Assembly: GCA_004022145.1 (NCBI GenBank)
Contig: RCNU01000001.1
Length of the DNA: 64,000 nt
Origin: Paecilomyces variotii
Lineage: Eukaryota
Direction: 5' to 3' (one strand)
In this document: positions 51,523 through 64,000 of the stretch, piece by piece
Position numbering within the stretch: position 1 is the stretch's first letter
Layout of the letters: every line of letters begins with the position of its first letter
Program-made: the position numbers and the translations under genes
The notes under the pieces: model-generated
Told to the model about the DNA's origin: nothing
The model's database searches: none
The model's input: the letters and a program-made list of their open reading frames with translations, nothing else

Positions 51523-54500
51523 TCAATCCAGTTTGCTGCTTCTCATCTGGATCTGGTCGTCAGGGAGAGCGGCAATCCAGAGACACCGCTCGATCACGCC
51601 GCAGGCTGGCTCGAATGCATATTTTGTGCTAGCATCAATAAGCCGAAGGAGGCTTTTGATGATCTTGGCAGCAGTGCGATATCGCTCAAAGTTGACCAAC
51701 GGGTCACCGTCGCGCGTGCTCGCAATCTGCGCCGGTTTCTGGGCATTGTACGTGAGATCATGCACGTAGAGGCCTACGAATCAGATTAGAATAGAAAAAA
51801 TAAAAAGCATGGCATATGAGTAGCACTCACCAACAAAAGGTACACAGCCTTCCTGTAGGTTCGCAGTCTCCATCTCTACTCGAAGTTCATGGAAATTGCG
51901 AACTGGCTGTATCAGGGACTCCATCTCCCGGAGAAGGTCCTTATCCTGCGCAGCCACTAGCTCCCATGTTCGTCGAAGCCGGGTACAATCTATGGAAGAT
52001 AGAGCGATTGTAATCTGGAGCATCGTAGAATAGTTGCAAATCCTCCTAGCATGGGCTGCGATGTGGATAAATTTTGTAATTACCCGCACTCGCTCTTGGA
52101 GATCCTGTGTGAGGATAATCTCTGAAAGCACCCATTTCACCATGAGATTGAATCGGCCAACAACAAGATCAATGCCTTTCTTGTCTTGTTCGGAAAGGAA
52201 CTGCACCCAACTCAGCGACACAGGTGAGTTACCGCTCCATCGCATATCAACAAGATCCTTCCAATCAATCTCACTTAGGGCCGCTTGCTCCACAATAGTT
52301 AACTGCTCAGCAATGAGTTGAGAGTCGTATGCAAGAATGAACGGAATATGCGCCGCTGCCATCAAGTCTGTTGGGTTCATCTTCGCGTCACCTCTCTCGG
52401 AATTGAGAATAACATTGCTAGACAGCTGGTTGAAGTCAATTGCTCTGTCATTGCCTCCGCCAGCATTTTTATGCGTGGGGGAGGGGTCGGGAGTAAGCGG
52501 TTTTGATTGGAACGACAGCGGGTGGGAGATCTCTGGAAGTGATACCCTGGAGTTAGGCTGCTGGATAGTCATCGGAGGAGACGGGGGATGAGCGAGAGGG
52601 TGAGGAGGAATCTCAAGCGCTGAAATTGTTTGGCCGTGTGATCCTGTCGAAGGGAGACGGTGAGGTTTCTCGACTGCCTCTTCTGGATCAATGATATCGA
52701 CGGATATCTCAGAAGACAATTCCGAGAGGCAATCTTCCTCCTTCACATAGACCGCAGCAGGAGAGCTGGGAATGGTCGAGCCGCGAGGAATACGCCTTAG
52801 ACTTTCAGTCTCCTCAACCACATCTATTGACGGATGTGATGATTCAGGTTCATGAGTGTCCTGGCGTGTATCCGAGCTGGACTGTTTGTGGGCTGTAACG
52901 ACATGCTTCACAGGTCTCAAGGGAGGCTTCTTCATAGATTCATCGCTTAGACCCCTCTCGAGAAGAGGAATAGAGCAATAGGAATCCTCAGATTCAGCAA
53001 CCGATTCGGAATATGGGCCATGAACAGAGGGCTGATCTAGCACTGTATGTGAACTATTGCCCTCTGAGAGAGTATGGCGCTGCTCAATAAAGCTTTCCTG
53101 GTTGCTAGCAAGGCCGCTATGGGTTTGATTGTGCGTCCACTCTGACTCGGAAGAGGGTGCCTCTCCTCGCTCTGGGCGCATTGGGCTTCCACCTGTGTCA
53201 GTAGATGAGTCATTCCACTTCCCTTCCAACTTAAGCAATGCTGACTCGACACCTCCATCGTCATCGTCAGGGATATGAGAGAACTCGGCCACGACGGCCT
53301 CGAACGACGGCCGCATATTCTGAGAGGAGTGAGTCTCGATGAGCGAAAATCTCTGTCTTTGCGGAAAAGTCTGTTGGCTACCAAAAGTGTGGGAGCGCGT
53401 GCCAGTGGTGGATGCGGAGAGAGATTCTGTACGCGAGGTCCCGGACTGGAAAGAATGGGGACGCGGCAGTGATTCGAGATCATGGATGTTTTGCACTTTC
53501 CGTAGGTCTCCGCCTGGACGCCTGCGAAGCAGACGCGCATAAGGTTTCTCATAGTCACCTTGAGCATCGGTCTCGCCAGATGCTGAACTAGCCACATCAT
53601 TGTCGACCTCATGACGGTACCGTGACACTACACTCTGATAAGAAGCATATTTGCGTAGACGATTCGACATGGATCCACTCTTTCTCCAGCCTGACAGTCT
53701 GCGAATCGAGGAAAGGGAGCTTCTAGGTGCGAACAACTCAGAGCCTCCCGAGTACCTCGAAGTCTTAGATGCAGCGTCAGAGCCGCTGCCCCTATATTGG
53801 AGCGGCGCCGCATACTCGTCTGCTTGGCCGGACGAATACCATGCACGATCCAAATTTATGGTTTTTGACGTAGCATCGGAGTGGCCACTTCTCATATGTT
53901 GCCCCTGACCCTGCTGAGTACTTGCAGAAGTCGGAGGGACGGCCCCGGACATCACAGGGATATCGACCCCCGTGTCATCCACAATGACGATCGACTTGCT
54001 CCCCATGGTCACCAGACTGTGCCTGGTGTCTGTGTCATGTCCTTCGGCTTGCAGCATCTGAGAACCAGGCTGCAAAGCGGGCTCTTTCGTGTCGTTAGCA
54101 TGTGCTGGAGCTGTAGCTCCGCTTTCCTGGATGTCCTTTTCCGCACTGTAACCCACAGCATCACGGTACTGCTTCAGCACATCATCACATAGCAGATCGA
54201 CACGCAACGAACACTTCCCAACGGCTGATGACTTTCTATTCTTGTATAGCTCAGACCCAAACGCGACATTCATGGGCAAGGTAGACGTCCGGCCGCGCAA
54301 AGGCGGCATTGGACTCAAACTTCTGCTTTGCGTAAGTGGCCATTGACTGCCTTGTCTGCTGTTGAGCACTCGTCGGATTGAGCCAATGATTGTCCGTACG
54401 CCCTGACTAGATCCAGTGGGCTTTGGAACGTCTGGTGAGTCATGAGACACGGCATGAGAAACATCGGTTGAGGGAGCAAAGAAAGTCGGTGAAGGAGGAG

Positions 54501-56744
54501 ACACTCCTTCTATGCGAGGATCCGAAGGCCCGAAGAGGTTTCCCCTGATCAAACCGCTTGCGTACGGAGCCAGAGTCATGAACGATTGACCCTGAGCATC
54601 GTTGCTCCCCATTCGTAGAGGTGCTCTGTCGTCGCGCACAGAGTCAGAGAAACTTCCGCTGCGCTTGTGGAAATGAGCATGGACAGGACGACGATGAGGC
54701 GCAATCGGAGACTTATGGTCACCAGGACTCGAAGGCAGGTTTGTAGTGAGTACCGGTACGGGATGTGGGATGCTCACGTTGCTCACATCTGATGAAGACG
54801 AACGTTTCGGGGTGATGGAAGGAAATGAACAGGAGACCACCTGAACAGAATTTCCATCAGATGGAGAAACCGCTGTATCTCGTGCTGTTGTCGCAGAGGC
54901 GTTTCGGCTATGGGAAGTTTGCGTAGGTTGGGATTGATTTGTAGTAGTCTTTGGGTGCACAGATTGGCAGTAGTGCCCTTCAGGAAGCTCATGTAGAAGC
55001 GTAGAGTCAAAAAAGAGCTCTTCAATATCATCGAGAGAGGTCTTGTTTATGTCTCGACTCCCCACCACGCCTCCTGGAACCACGGGACTGTCTAGGTTGT
55101 TGTCCGGCGCTGAGTCGGGCATATCCCAGTAAACAGAGCATCTGCCGTTCCAGCATCGCTTTAAATCTACGAGAATTTTCAAGTCGCTGGTACTTCGGAC
55201 ATCTCGATCTTTCACGGCATCATACATCGAGTTGATCCTATCGCAGAACTGCACGCGAAGATCCCGATCAAGCACGAAGTCATCGGCGAAGTAATTCAGG
55301 ATCCAATGCCTTAAAGCAGCAAATGCTCGGATCCTAATTATTCGACCGTCATCCTGCAATCGATTGATGGCCCATTGTAGGCGGGCCAGCAAAAGGGAAA
55401 GGAGGTTGCTAGACGAGAGGTAGGAGCGAAAAGTTAAAAAGAAATCAGACACGAGCTCATAGTCCATGAAGGACTCTGACGTGATCTGTGCAACAATTCG
55501 AGCTGGTGTCGCTGCGCTGATGTCTTTGGTTCCTGGAAGATATCGAACCACGGACGGGTCGTCCATGGTCACGGCGAGACCATCGAAGATGAAGGGCTCA
55601 ATAGGCTCCTTCAGCTTGTAGAAGACTGAGTGGTGAGAAGCAGAGTTTCTACTCAACGCCACTGCGCCGGAGAACATGGACGTGGTGAAAGAAAGAGGAC
55701 GCCCGTATCCAAACGAATGCCGTTCATTTCGCTCGCCGGTTTCCGATACAGGTTGCGGGATATTGGATGAGGGCTCATCCTCAAGTACAGCAGACTCTCT
55801 GAAGTTATCTGATACGGAGGTCCTGGTGTAGGCAGAACTTCGTAGCGCGGCAGAGCCCTCAGAGTTGAACTGTGGCCTGCCCAGTCGATAATGTGGAATT
55901 GGAATTTCCAACGTTGGCACACCCTTCTCCTCGTTTGATCTGGGTCGATCGTCGGATCGGTCGATCACGATTCGGAGCTCACCCGGACGCTCGTTCGAGG
56001 ATGATCGGCGTTCTTCTATAGTAGAGCATGAATGCGATTTTTTGTGGCGATTGTCACCCGCGAGCGGTGCCTGCTCATGAGGTGGCTGTCCGAAATTTCC
56101 CAACCCCGGATGTAGCTCCGACAGTTGAGAGATCGACCACATACTGTGTCTGGCATCTCTTTCAATATCAAGAAACCCATCCTGCGCGGTGAGCATGCTG
56201 TCCGATGGGTTGATGGGAGAACGCGAAAAGGGATTCGGTGCGCCTTTCTGGACAGGCGTAATGATCGGCCTAGACCACCCGCGCATGTTAGCTTTGCCTT
56301 ATATACGTGCCGGGTTCGAAGCCAGCTTCCATGAATAAAACCGCCATACCTCAAGTACAGTCTTCCATTGTTGCCAACATTTCCCACTGTGAAATGTTTC
56401 CCTTCCCGGCCGGTTGGAGAACTTTCCGGCACACTCTCAGGTACATTATTCGATCGTTTAGTAGAGCGCTGCCATAGCATTTCAGCGCTATTCTTCACAC
56501 GCAGGAGTGACTGTGCACGTTCTTTTCCCCGACGTCCGAGATTTGTCTTTGGTGTGTTTGGCCCTTGGGCCACCGTATGGGCTCGTCGAAGACTCGACTG
56601 CCCGTCGTACGCAGCATTTCCTGCTACTGTCGTCGATACACGCCCCAGGCCTGTTCCGGCCTGAAATCGAGAAAGAGGCTCGCCAGCGCCTTGGTTCGAT
56701 GGTCGCAAGGGGATATCATTATGTAGGAACGAGGGAGGCCCCAT
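51523..56744 (-). CDS. LTE1: Large RasGEF (REM plus CDC25 domains), Lte1-like; 3 exons
   Basis: Exons 56744-56350, 56269-51831, 51773-51523. REM domain SAATPARIVAQIT...DFFLTFRSYL...LRHWILNYF; long Ser-rich linker; CDC25 domain IAEQLTIVE...RFNLMVKWVLSEI...CNYSTMLQI...GCVPFVGLYVHDL. Lte1 orthology is inferred from the architecture. Confidence 0.88.
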
Positions 56745-57633
56745 TTCTCTGTCGAAATTGCGTTCTCGCTGTTGACCGCTACTGTGAAGGATCGACGCGG
56801 ACCAAGAGACTTTGGCACAAAAACCGAGGCTTAAAGGGAATTCGGACTCAAAGGATATGGGCGTGGCCGGGACTGAATGCCAGTTCGTTCGTGTGACACG
56901 ACATATCCAAACTAAGCATGCGCAGTATGATTGAAAATGGCCTTTCTTGCGCCGCAACGGTGAGCATCAAACAGTCTGCATCGTCTGTGTAGCAGCAGTC
57001 AATGAAGGGCGTTGGGAATCAATGGACCTTCTCTTTTGTGTGCTTTGATCGAAGGGTATGCCTGTCCGGGGCCTGTTGCGGTGTCGATGCTCTCTGAAGC
57101 TCCAGAAGCTGTCAAGAGAAGCGGGTGGCAGGAGTGCGGGATTGTTGACCTGTCCAGGTAGAGTAGTAACACCGCCCTCAAGCTCCCGCCAGCTCGTCAG
57201 GACAGGATATAAGGTGACAGGTACGAAAGGGGGGGATTGGAAGGGCGGCGATGATGGATGGATAGCCAAAGAAGGACGAGCACACACGATTCTCCGGGCG
57301 TGATTGATGATCCTCCTGGGCTGGGGAACCCATCGGCCCTCAGGCGAGGCTGGTTAGTCTGGCGGAAACCGTTTTCTGTCCTAGACTCGTCCGAGGATCG
57401 CGGGCACGTCGCGCGAGGAAGCTGAACGCGCTGGTTGGCGGTGATGGCCTGACGGTTGACTTTAGGTGTGCCTTTAGTTGGATTTAGTTCGACTTAGGCT
57501 GTCCTTAGGGCCACGCGGAACAGGCGAGCTGCATCGGGCCCCAAGCGCCTTAGCGACCTCCTATACCAGCAGGCGAGAGAGATCGATGGGCTGTCTCGAG
57601 GGGGACGATCCATCCACTAGATATACCTTACAT

Positions 57634-57654
57634 CAAGCAAGCAAGCAAGCAAAG
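57634..57654. repeat. (CAAG)4 microsatellite
   Basis: caagcaagcaagcaagcaaag is directly visible. Confidence 0.75.
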
Positions 57655-59748
57655 CGAGGCGGAAGCAACGCCTGTTGTATGTACATACCATATCTACCGA
57701 GTACGCTATCTATGTGTATGGTACTTTGCGCTTGAGCTCTCTGGGTGACGTTCACAATGAACCATGTCGTCATTGTCGGTGGTAGCATTAAAGAGGTCAT
57801 AGTTAGTTAACAGTGTCAGTTAATAATATTAATATCCTTGTCTCTCGGGGGCATCCGGGAGAATTGCGATGCTCGTCTTGGCCTGTGGCAGTCTGCTTAA
57901 ACGGCGATGCTGCTTTTCTGAAGCTTCGCTTATGTCTAAGACTAACTGCACCAAGAAACTCGAGACTCAGACCCGTGTGATCGACTAGGACCTGCTGTTA
58001 CATACAAATAACAGTAGAGTTATCCGCAACCTGATAAACAAGACTCTTCGTCTCCAATCTGCTGGTCCAACCAATCATAGTCTTCTAATCCATCACGGAA
58101 TAATCAACAGCCTCATCCGCAGATGACGGGATTGGAAGTTTGATAACTCTTATCTCGAAATCAACTCTCGAGAAATTCAATCTCCCCACAACAACAGTAC
58201 GAGGTTGACTGCAAAGCTATGATAGAAGATATTATTGACTGAACGTCCAGCAGGAAGCATCCGACCGACATGGGAGGTCCAGGACGGTCCCGACCGCGTG
58301 TGCAGAGGCAGAATGTACCCGGATGCTCGGGATCAGGCTATCTGCTAAAGAAGTTTGGTGCAACTGAGACGACCGGCCTATTTTTTTTTACTATTCACAA
58401 AGCGTCCCCCACTTTCCACCCTAGGACCTAGGTAAGATCAAAGCTATCTATTCCCAAGTTCAAAGAGTGGGCCGGCTCCGAAACCATGGAGGGACTAAGA
58501 ATAATAAGTACGGACTACGGAGTAACCGCCTTCAAAGGTCACGCAAGCAGAGTCCAGAGTCCAGACTGTCATTATTATTAACCACTATTATTGCAGCATG
58601 AAGTCAATGGTGCCCAAAAAAGGGGTCTCGAGTAAAAGCCTCTCCAGAGAACTTGGATTCTGTTCTCTCGCACTCTCACCCATGTAAAGGCTAGCCGCTG
58701 GATGTTCTCAAATATCCATCACACGGCACCTTCTGAGCGGAATTGATATGTCATACTCTATCTATCTACGATTCTACTCAGTAACTGACTAGCGTAATGG
58801 GTACAGGTGGCGTCATGTGCGAATGACGTACTGTTATTATTCTTGATATGAGGCTCTTCGCACTGTCAATACGTGTGTCCCGAGGTACAATAATAATAAT
58901 TCTCCGTGGTCGATAATCCCAGCGATCGCAATAATCTCGCTTAACACGGTCAGAGACACCCACCCACCGTGTTATTTTATTGCACTAACAGAATCGGACC
59001 AGATCGGATCTGATCCGCTGCCAGCGAGCACATGGCCAAACTGTACGAAACAAGCTAAGGCTGACACCACTGCGAAGCGCTCCGTATGCATGTACTCCGT
59101 ACCATAGAGCTCAAGGAGACTGATAGGTCAAACAAGCGGATAGTCTAATATCGACAGACGAAAAACTCAAGTATCCATCTCCGAGTTTCACTTTTCCACC
59201 CGTCGAAGCGTACAATACGTCACATCTGGAGATCGACACATCTTAGCTCCCTCGTTGAACCTTAAAAAAAGATCCGCGATGATTTCCACGGTCATACGGA
59301 GTAGAGACCATACCATTGTCTGGTGGAGAAAAAAAAAGGGAAGACGTTGAGCCATGTATTCGGGACGGAACCCAGAACTCAAAACTCGAACTATCTATAA
59401 CTAACCGGTCAAAAGGACATCTGACAACAAACTCTATGGTAACTAATCCACTCGACTGAGTATGTATTACTGTATCTACTTGATCCCCGCCCTCGGGGAC
59501 CTGTTCTCGTCTCCTAAGTAAGGAGGTCCCCTCATCTCATCCCTTCCCGTTCCCCGAACCAGGTAATATCGCATCTGTGATATCCGCGCAATAATATCCA
59601 GATACCCTCTCTATGAATAATAGAACTACCCACGGCTCTGGTACCAGTAAGCCTCAAAGTGCTGTATAGTTATCCGTAGACTCGGAACATGACAAATGAT
59701 ATAGAACAATTAGAGAAGCATAACGCGCCATCGCCCTCCTGTTTGCAA

Positions 59749-59772
59749 ATATATATATATATATATATATAT
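59749..59772. repeat. (AT)12 microsatellite
   Basis: Directly visible perfect AT run. Confidence 0.9.
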
Positions 59773-60442
59773 CCCGGGATTAACCCGCACATTCCATCTC
59801 ATCGAGCGAAATGAGGAGCGTGCCTCTGCCGCGAATGGACACTTGGAACCAAGTCGTATCCAACGACAAAAGCATATATAGGGGAAGGGAGACTACTATG
59901 AAGAGAAGACATGAGATAGTCACTCTATTTTTGGTCTATGTTTTAGCGCCAGCAGAGAAAGGTGCTAGAAATAACTGTGGGGTAAGCATGGACATGTTCT
60001 ATTTTCTACGCAGTCTAGGCAGCTACTGAGCCACCTGTCGCCGCCACCGAAGGAAATATGAAGCACTTGATCTATTTGCGCAATATCGGTGACGGAAGTA
60101 GAAAATTGTCCCTTCAGAGTATGGTATCCATCTTGAACGCCCACAAGAGCGATGGATCTCGGTAGTAACTACGGAGTACATACTACGTGAAAAGAAATAT
60201 GGGGCGGTTGGTTCAGCGCATATTACTTCAGTTTCCTCTCTGCGCCTTAGATTCAGACATGGTCGTTACCTGAAATAGCAAGAGCCAAACTGAAGCAGCT
60301 ACTACCGGAGTGAGGTATGCACCTGCAAGAGAGAATCAATATCGTTCCGGTGCTTTGCCATTATCAAGGTTTGCTCATGTAGATACAGACTAGAATGAAC
60401 TAAAAGAACGATAGTTCTGGAAGAGTATTCGACATGTTCTAA

Positions 60443-63188
60443 TCACCAAAGCTTACAGACCGGCTCCTTCTTCGGACAGCTAAAAGCCTCTTTGAACTCC
60501 CGAGAATTGGCCATGGTGCCCTGAGTATTCTAGTGTCAGCTGGTCCATGTCATGATAGCCGCACAGATAGTCTGTACAGTAATGAGAGAATCTCTCCAGA
60601 TAGTTACTCACAATGATTCTCGCTGGCTTAGGAGCGTGTGGATCGCTGTAGATCGCACGCACAGCCGCTTCTCTTGTTGTCTTGCTGCACCACCAATTCG
60701 CGTACGAAACAAAGAACAGTTGCTCCTTGGTGAAGTCACCCAGTCCTGGAAGTTTCGGGTCAGGCGAAGCAGAATCTCTCTTCTGCCATGCGTGATACGC
60801 CGCTGTCAAGCCACCAGCATCCGCGATGTTCTCGCCTAGTGTAAGTCGGCCGTTAACATGCAGTGGCTCTGAGTCTGGTTCCGGTCCTGGGACAGTGAAA
60901 TTCGAGTATTGGTCAATAAAGCATTGCGCTCGTTTCTCGAACTCTTCAACAGTCTTCTTGTCCCACCAGTCCGTGTAGTTTCCTGTCTGGTCGTAGTGTC
61001 TTCCCGTGGAATCGAAAGCTTGGAGAAATCAGCTAAAGGTTCTCTCCCTAACGGCTCTTTTGGGCATAAGAGGAGCCAAACTTACCATGGGATAGCTCGT
61101 GTCCGCTTACAGCTCCAAAGGCGCCATAAGACAAATATAGTGGTGCAGAAGGGCCATAGAACACTGGTTTCTGCATGATACCGGCTGGGAAGACGATCTC
61201 GTTGCCAGGAGGATTGTAGTAGGCATTGACGGTCGGCACACTCATACCCCATTCCCCGCGGTCTGTAGGCTTGCCCAACTTCGACCACTGCTTTCGCACG
61301 TCGAACTTTGCGATGTTCAACTGGTTCTCGAAGAACTTCCCATCAGACAATTTAAGTCCCTGGTAATAACCCTTTATGTTTTCGGGATCCAACACGTTGG
61401 GGCTCTGAGTCGGGTAGCCAATCTTCTGAACGATATTTTCTACCTTCTGAATACCCAATTTCCTCACTTCCGCCGTCATCCACTGAGTCTGATCCAAAGT
61501 GAATATAAATCGTTCCTTTATGTCCGATACAATCTGGTCACCAAGCTTCTTCGATTCTTCCGGAAAAGCGTCAAGGACATAGAAACGACTTAGAATCCAG
61601 GGTAGGCCATTATCCATCGCCCTGACGCATTTGCGCCATCTCTCTTCCTTTGCTTGAGGGTCCTTGCCTTGGAGTCGATTATTAAACTCCCGGAGTGGCT
61701 GCAGTATGGGATCCTCAACATCGGTCGAAAAGGCCTGGATAACCTTCCACTTGAGAAAAGACTGGATCGTCGCCCTTGGTGTTTCCTGTAAGATAGCAGA
61801 GAGGTCCTTCATATAGGAAGGCGATCCCACAATCAGACGGTCGGTTTGGAAACCCTCGGGGGCGAGACTAGAGATGATGTCGGAAAACGAGATTTCCGGC
61901 AGTAGTGAATGTGTCTGCTTGATGGTACGCGGATTGTAATATTGTGTGACATCTTCCTGTGTTTGAGTATCGGGCGTTGCATTGGCGAGTTTAGTCTCGA
62001 ACGTGATAATATCGTTACTCAACTGAGAGAGCACGCTGCTATCCAGCGGTGAAGGTGTCCCATCAGGGGAGAACAAGGCGTGAAATCCCGCAAGGACCCT
62101 CTCTACAACTGATTTGTAGTCCTCCACAGTCTTGGTATTATTGTAGTACTCCCTGGTGGGAAGCCCGATTTCTCGCGGAGGTGTAACGAAGATCGCCACG
62201 GAATCCGGATCGCGATCATCTGCCTATGAGAGAAGTCAGATAAGTCTCACAAATTATTTCGCAAATTATCTTACAGAAACATAGGGAGAAACGAGTGCCT
62301 CGACCCCGATCTCAACCAGGTACTGTATGACCTCGGTGAGGTTCTCCCTTGGGTCACTGCTTGAAGACTTCCCGGTAGGATAGGTTTTCTCAATTTGAGA
62401 TAGGACATCTTCCAAAGGCTTGACTCCACGTTCCGCAACAGTACATTCATCTATACAAGCATTGTATGCAGTCTTCAGCTCTTCAAAAATCTCTGAATCG
62501 GCGCTAGACTTGATGCTCGCAGATTTCGAGTCTCCCGGGACTTCGGATGATTCCAAGATGTGGCGAACACGGCTCTGGGCATTTTCAGCCATTATGGTCC
62601 CGGCAAATAGGGATCCCTGATCAGAACGCATGTCGTGACTCTCTTGCCATCCTCCACAGACATATTGCTCAAAATCCTCACATGGATCAATGTTCTTATA
62701 ATTTGGATGGAGGTTATATAGGATTTCGGATGCGGCGTGCACGCATTCTGCAGCATCGCATACAGACGGAGCATTGGCCTGTAGACCACTGTTCTGTATT
62801 ATTCCTATTCATCATTGTCAGATAAAGGGCGGATGCAGGAAGATGATATCCATACCCGACAACACAGAGTTCTTGACCGAAAGGTATCCAATGATGGCAA
62901 TCACTGTTGCCCACTTTGTAAACCAAAGGAGCTTAGACCATCTCCTGTGCACTCTGGAACGTGAGACTATAGTTGGGCTCCATGGCTCTCCGTCGTTGAT
63001 GCCCATGTCTGCGTTATTGACTAACGGTGATTTCTCGCCATCGGCTAGCGCAGGTACGTCATCCGATGCGTCCCATTTTCCTAGCCGCAAAGGCTGACTT
63101 CAACAAGGAAATCCATCAGTTACTATACTATTCGAGACTCGAAGGATTATATCCAGCATACTAACCTTCGTGGCATTCCTCTGGTCAT
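60443..63188 (-). CDS. M13 (neprilysin/endothelin-converting enzyme) zinc metallopeptidase, type II membrane; 6 exons
   Basis: Exons 63188-63166, 63097-62856, 62804-62275, 62223-61086, 61018-60612, 60520-60443. N-terminal TM, DPCEDFEQYVCGGW, VNAYY, HELSHAFD, GENIADAGG, DPHAP, C-terminal CKLW*. Confidence 0.93.
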
Positions 63189-64000
63189 GATAGCAGCCAG
63201 CCGCTAAGTGATCCGAGGAGATTGAACTCAAACGAAGCCCAGCACGGGGCTACAATTAGAATGTTTACCTCGATCAACGAGGTGAATGCAGTGGAGATGA
63301 ATGAAAAATGGATATCTCAACGACCCCAGTTGTTAGGAGATTGTCGAGATGTTGGGAAGCGGTCAGTAAGGTAGCACGTCGTAGCTTGCTCTAAGGGATA
63401 ATGACTGGTGAGCTCATGGAGATGAGCCAGGCTAGCCATTTCTGGTTAGATGATCTCCGCACCTGACGGATAAGGGCCGGAACTTTCTGAGGCCCATCCG
63501 GGGAAGCTTCAAGCACTCGAACCTCGGGAATGGTTCGCGCGAGAACCGGAGTTCGCACTGTGTGATAAGGTCAACGCTGTCGAATGATGCATGGGGAATG
63601 GTAGCGGATTCTGTCAATGTATCCTGTAAGCTTGGTTACTCGGCCAAGCATAGGAATTATTTCTACGTTGACATGGTACATACCTAGGTAACCTTCAAGT
63701 TAGTACTTCACGACGACTTTAAGCCAGTTGACGAAAAAGGAGAACTCCTTGTTGGTCCGGCCTGGATCAGAGACTTTATCCAATCTATTCTTGTGTATTC
63801 TGCTAACAGCATATGAATATCACTTTTCGAATGCAACGGTATCGACGCTCATATTAATCTGCTTCAATCGAGTTGCAGTTTGTTTTGAGATATTAATGAA
63901 CTTGCCATTGAATAGTGCATCAGGTACCAGGGAGATGCATGTTATCCTCAAATAAGAACTCAATACGTGAGCTGCAGTGGATTACGCGAAGAAATAATTA

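Noticed and set aside
56745..56957. In-frame non-AUG extension upstream of the RasGEF ATG (ORF 56016-56957)
   Set aside because: It starts at TTG with non-protein-like composition; ATG 56744 has good context (GAAATGG).
1..64000. CRISPR arrays, tRNA/rRNA genes, intact transposons, a secondary-metabolite cluster
   Set aside because: I saw no repeat-spacer array, cloverleaf, rRNA-like sequence, terminal repeats, transposase/RT ORF or PKS/NRPS backbone gene. tRNAscan-SE and Infernal were not run.

Overview
This is eukaryotic, intron-rich filamentous-ascomycete DNA; the introns and proteins fit Eurotiales (Aspergillus/Paecilomyces-like), which is an inference. About 21 protein-coding loci can be built by hand from GT/GC..AG introns with CTRAY branch sites. 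In order: a partial aldehyde dehydrogenase, NADP-isocitrate dehydrogenase, C1-THF synthase, eIF3i, MBF1, an MCT-type MFS transporter, an Lsb1/Pin3 SH3 protein, a signal-peptide/multi-TM/ankyrin protein, an AIM24-family protein, eIF2-beta, Mim2, two poorly conserved hypotheticals (28-34 kb), a glycine-rich RRM protein, ChaC, an orphan coiled-coil gene, an SDR, penta-EF-hand Pef1, an ankyrin-DIL protein, an Lte1-like RasGEF and an M13 peptidase. I saw no rRNA, tRNA, CRISPR array or intact transposon, and no clearly new multi-gene system. The best leads are a 9-mer (TACGGAGTA) found 8 times and mostly intergenic, a multi-hairpin 5' leader on the RRM gene, dual-AUG targeting in two adjacent dehydrogenase genes, 5-13 nt micro-exons with one GC-AG intron, and the uncharacterised membrane-ankyrin and orphan genes. 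All exon coordinates were derived by eye and need RNA-seq confirmation.
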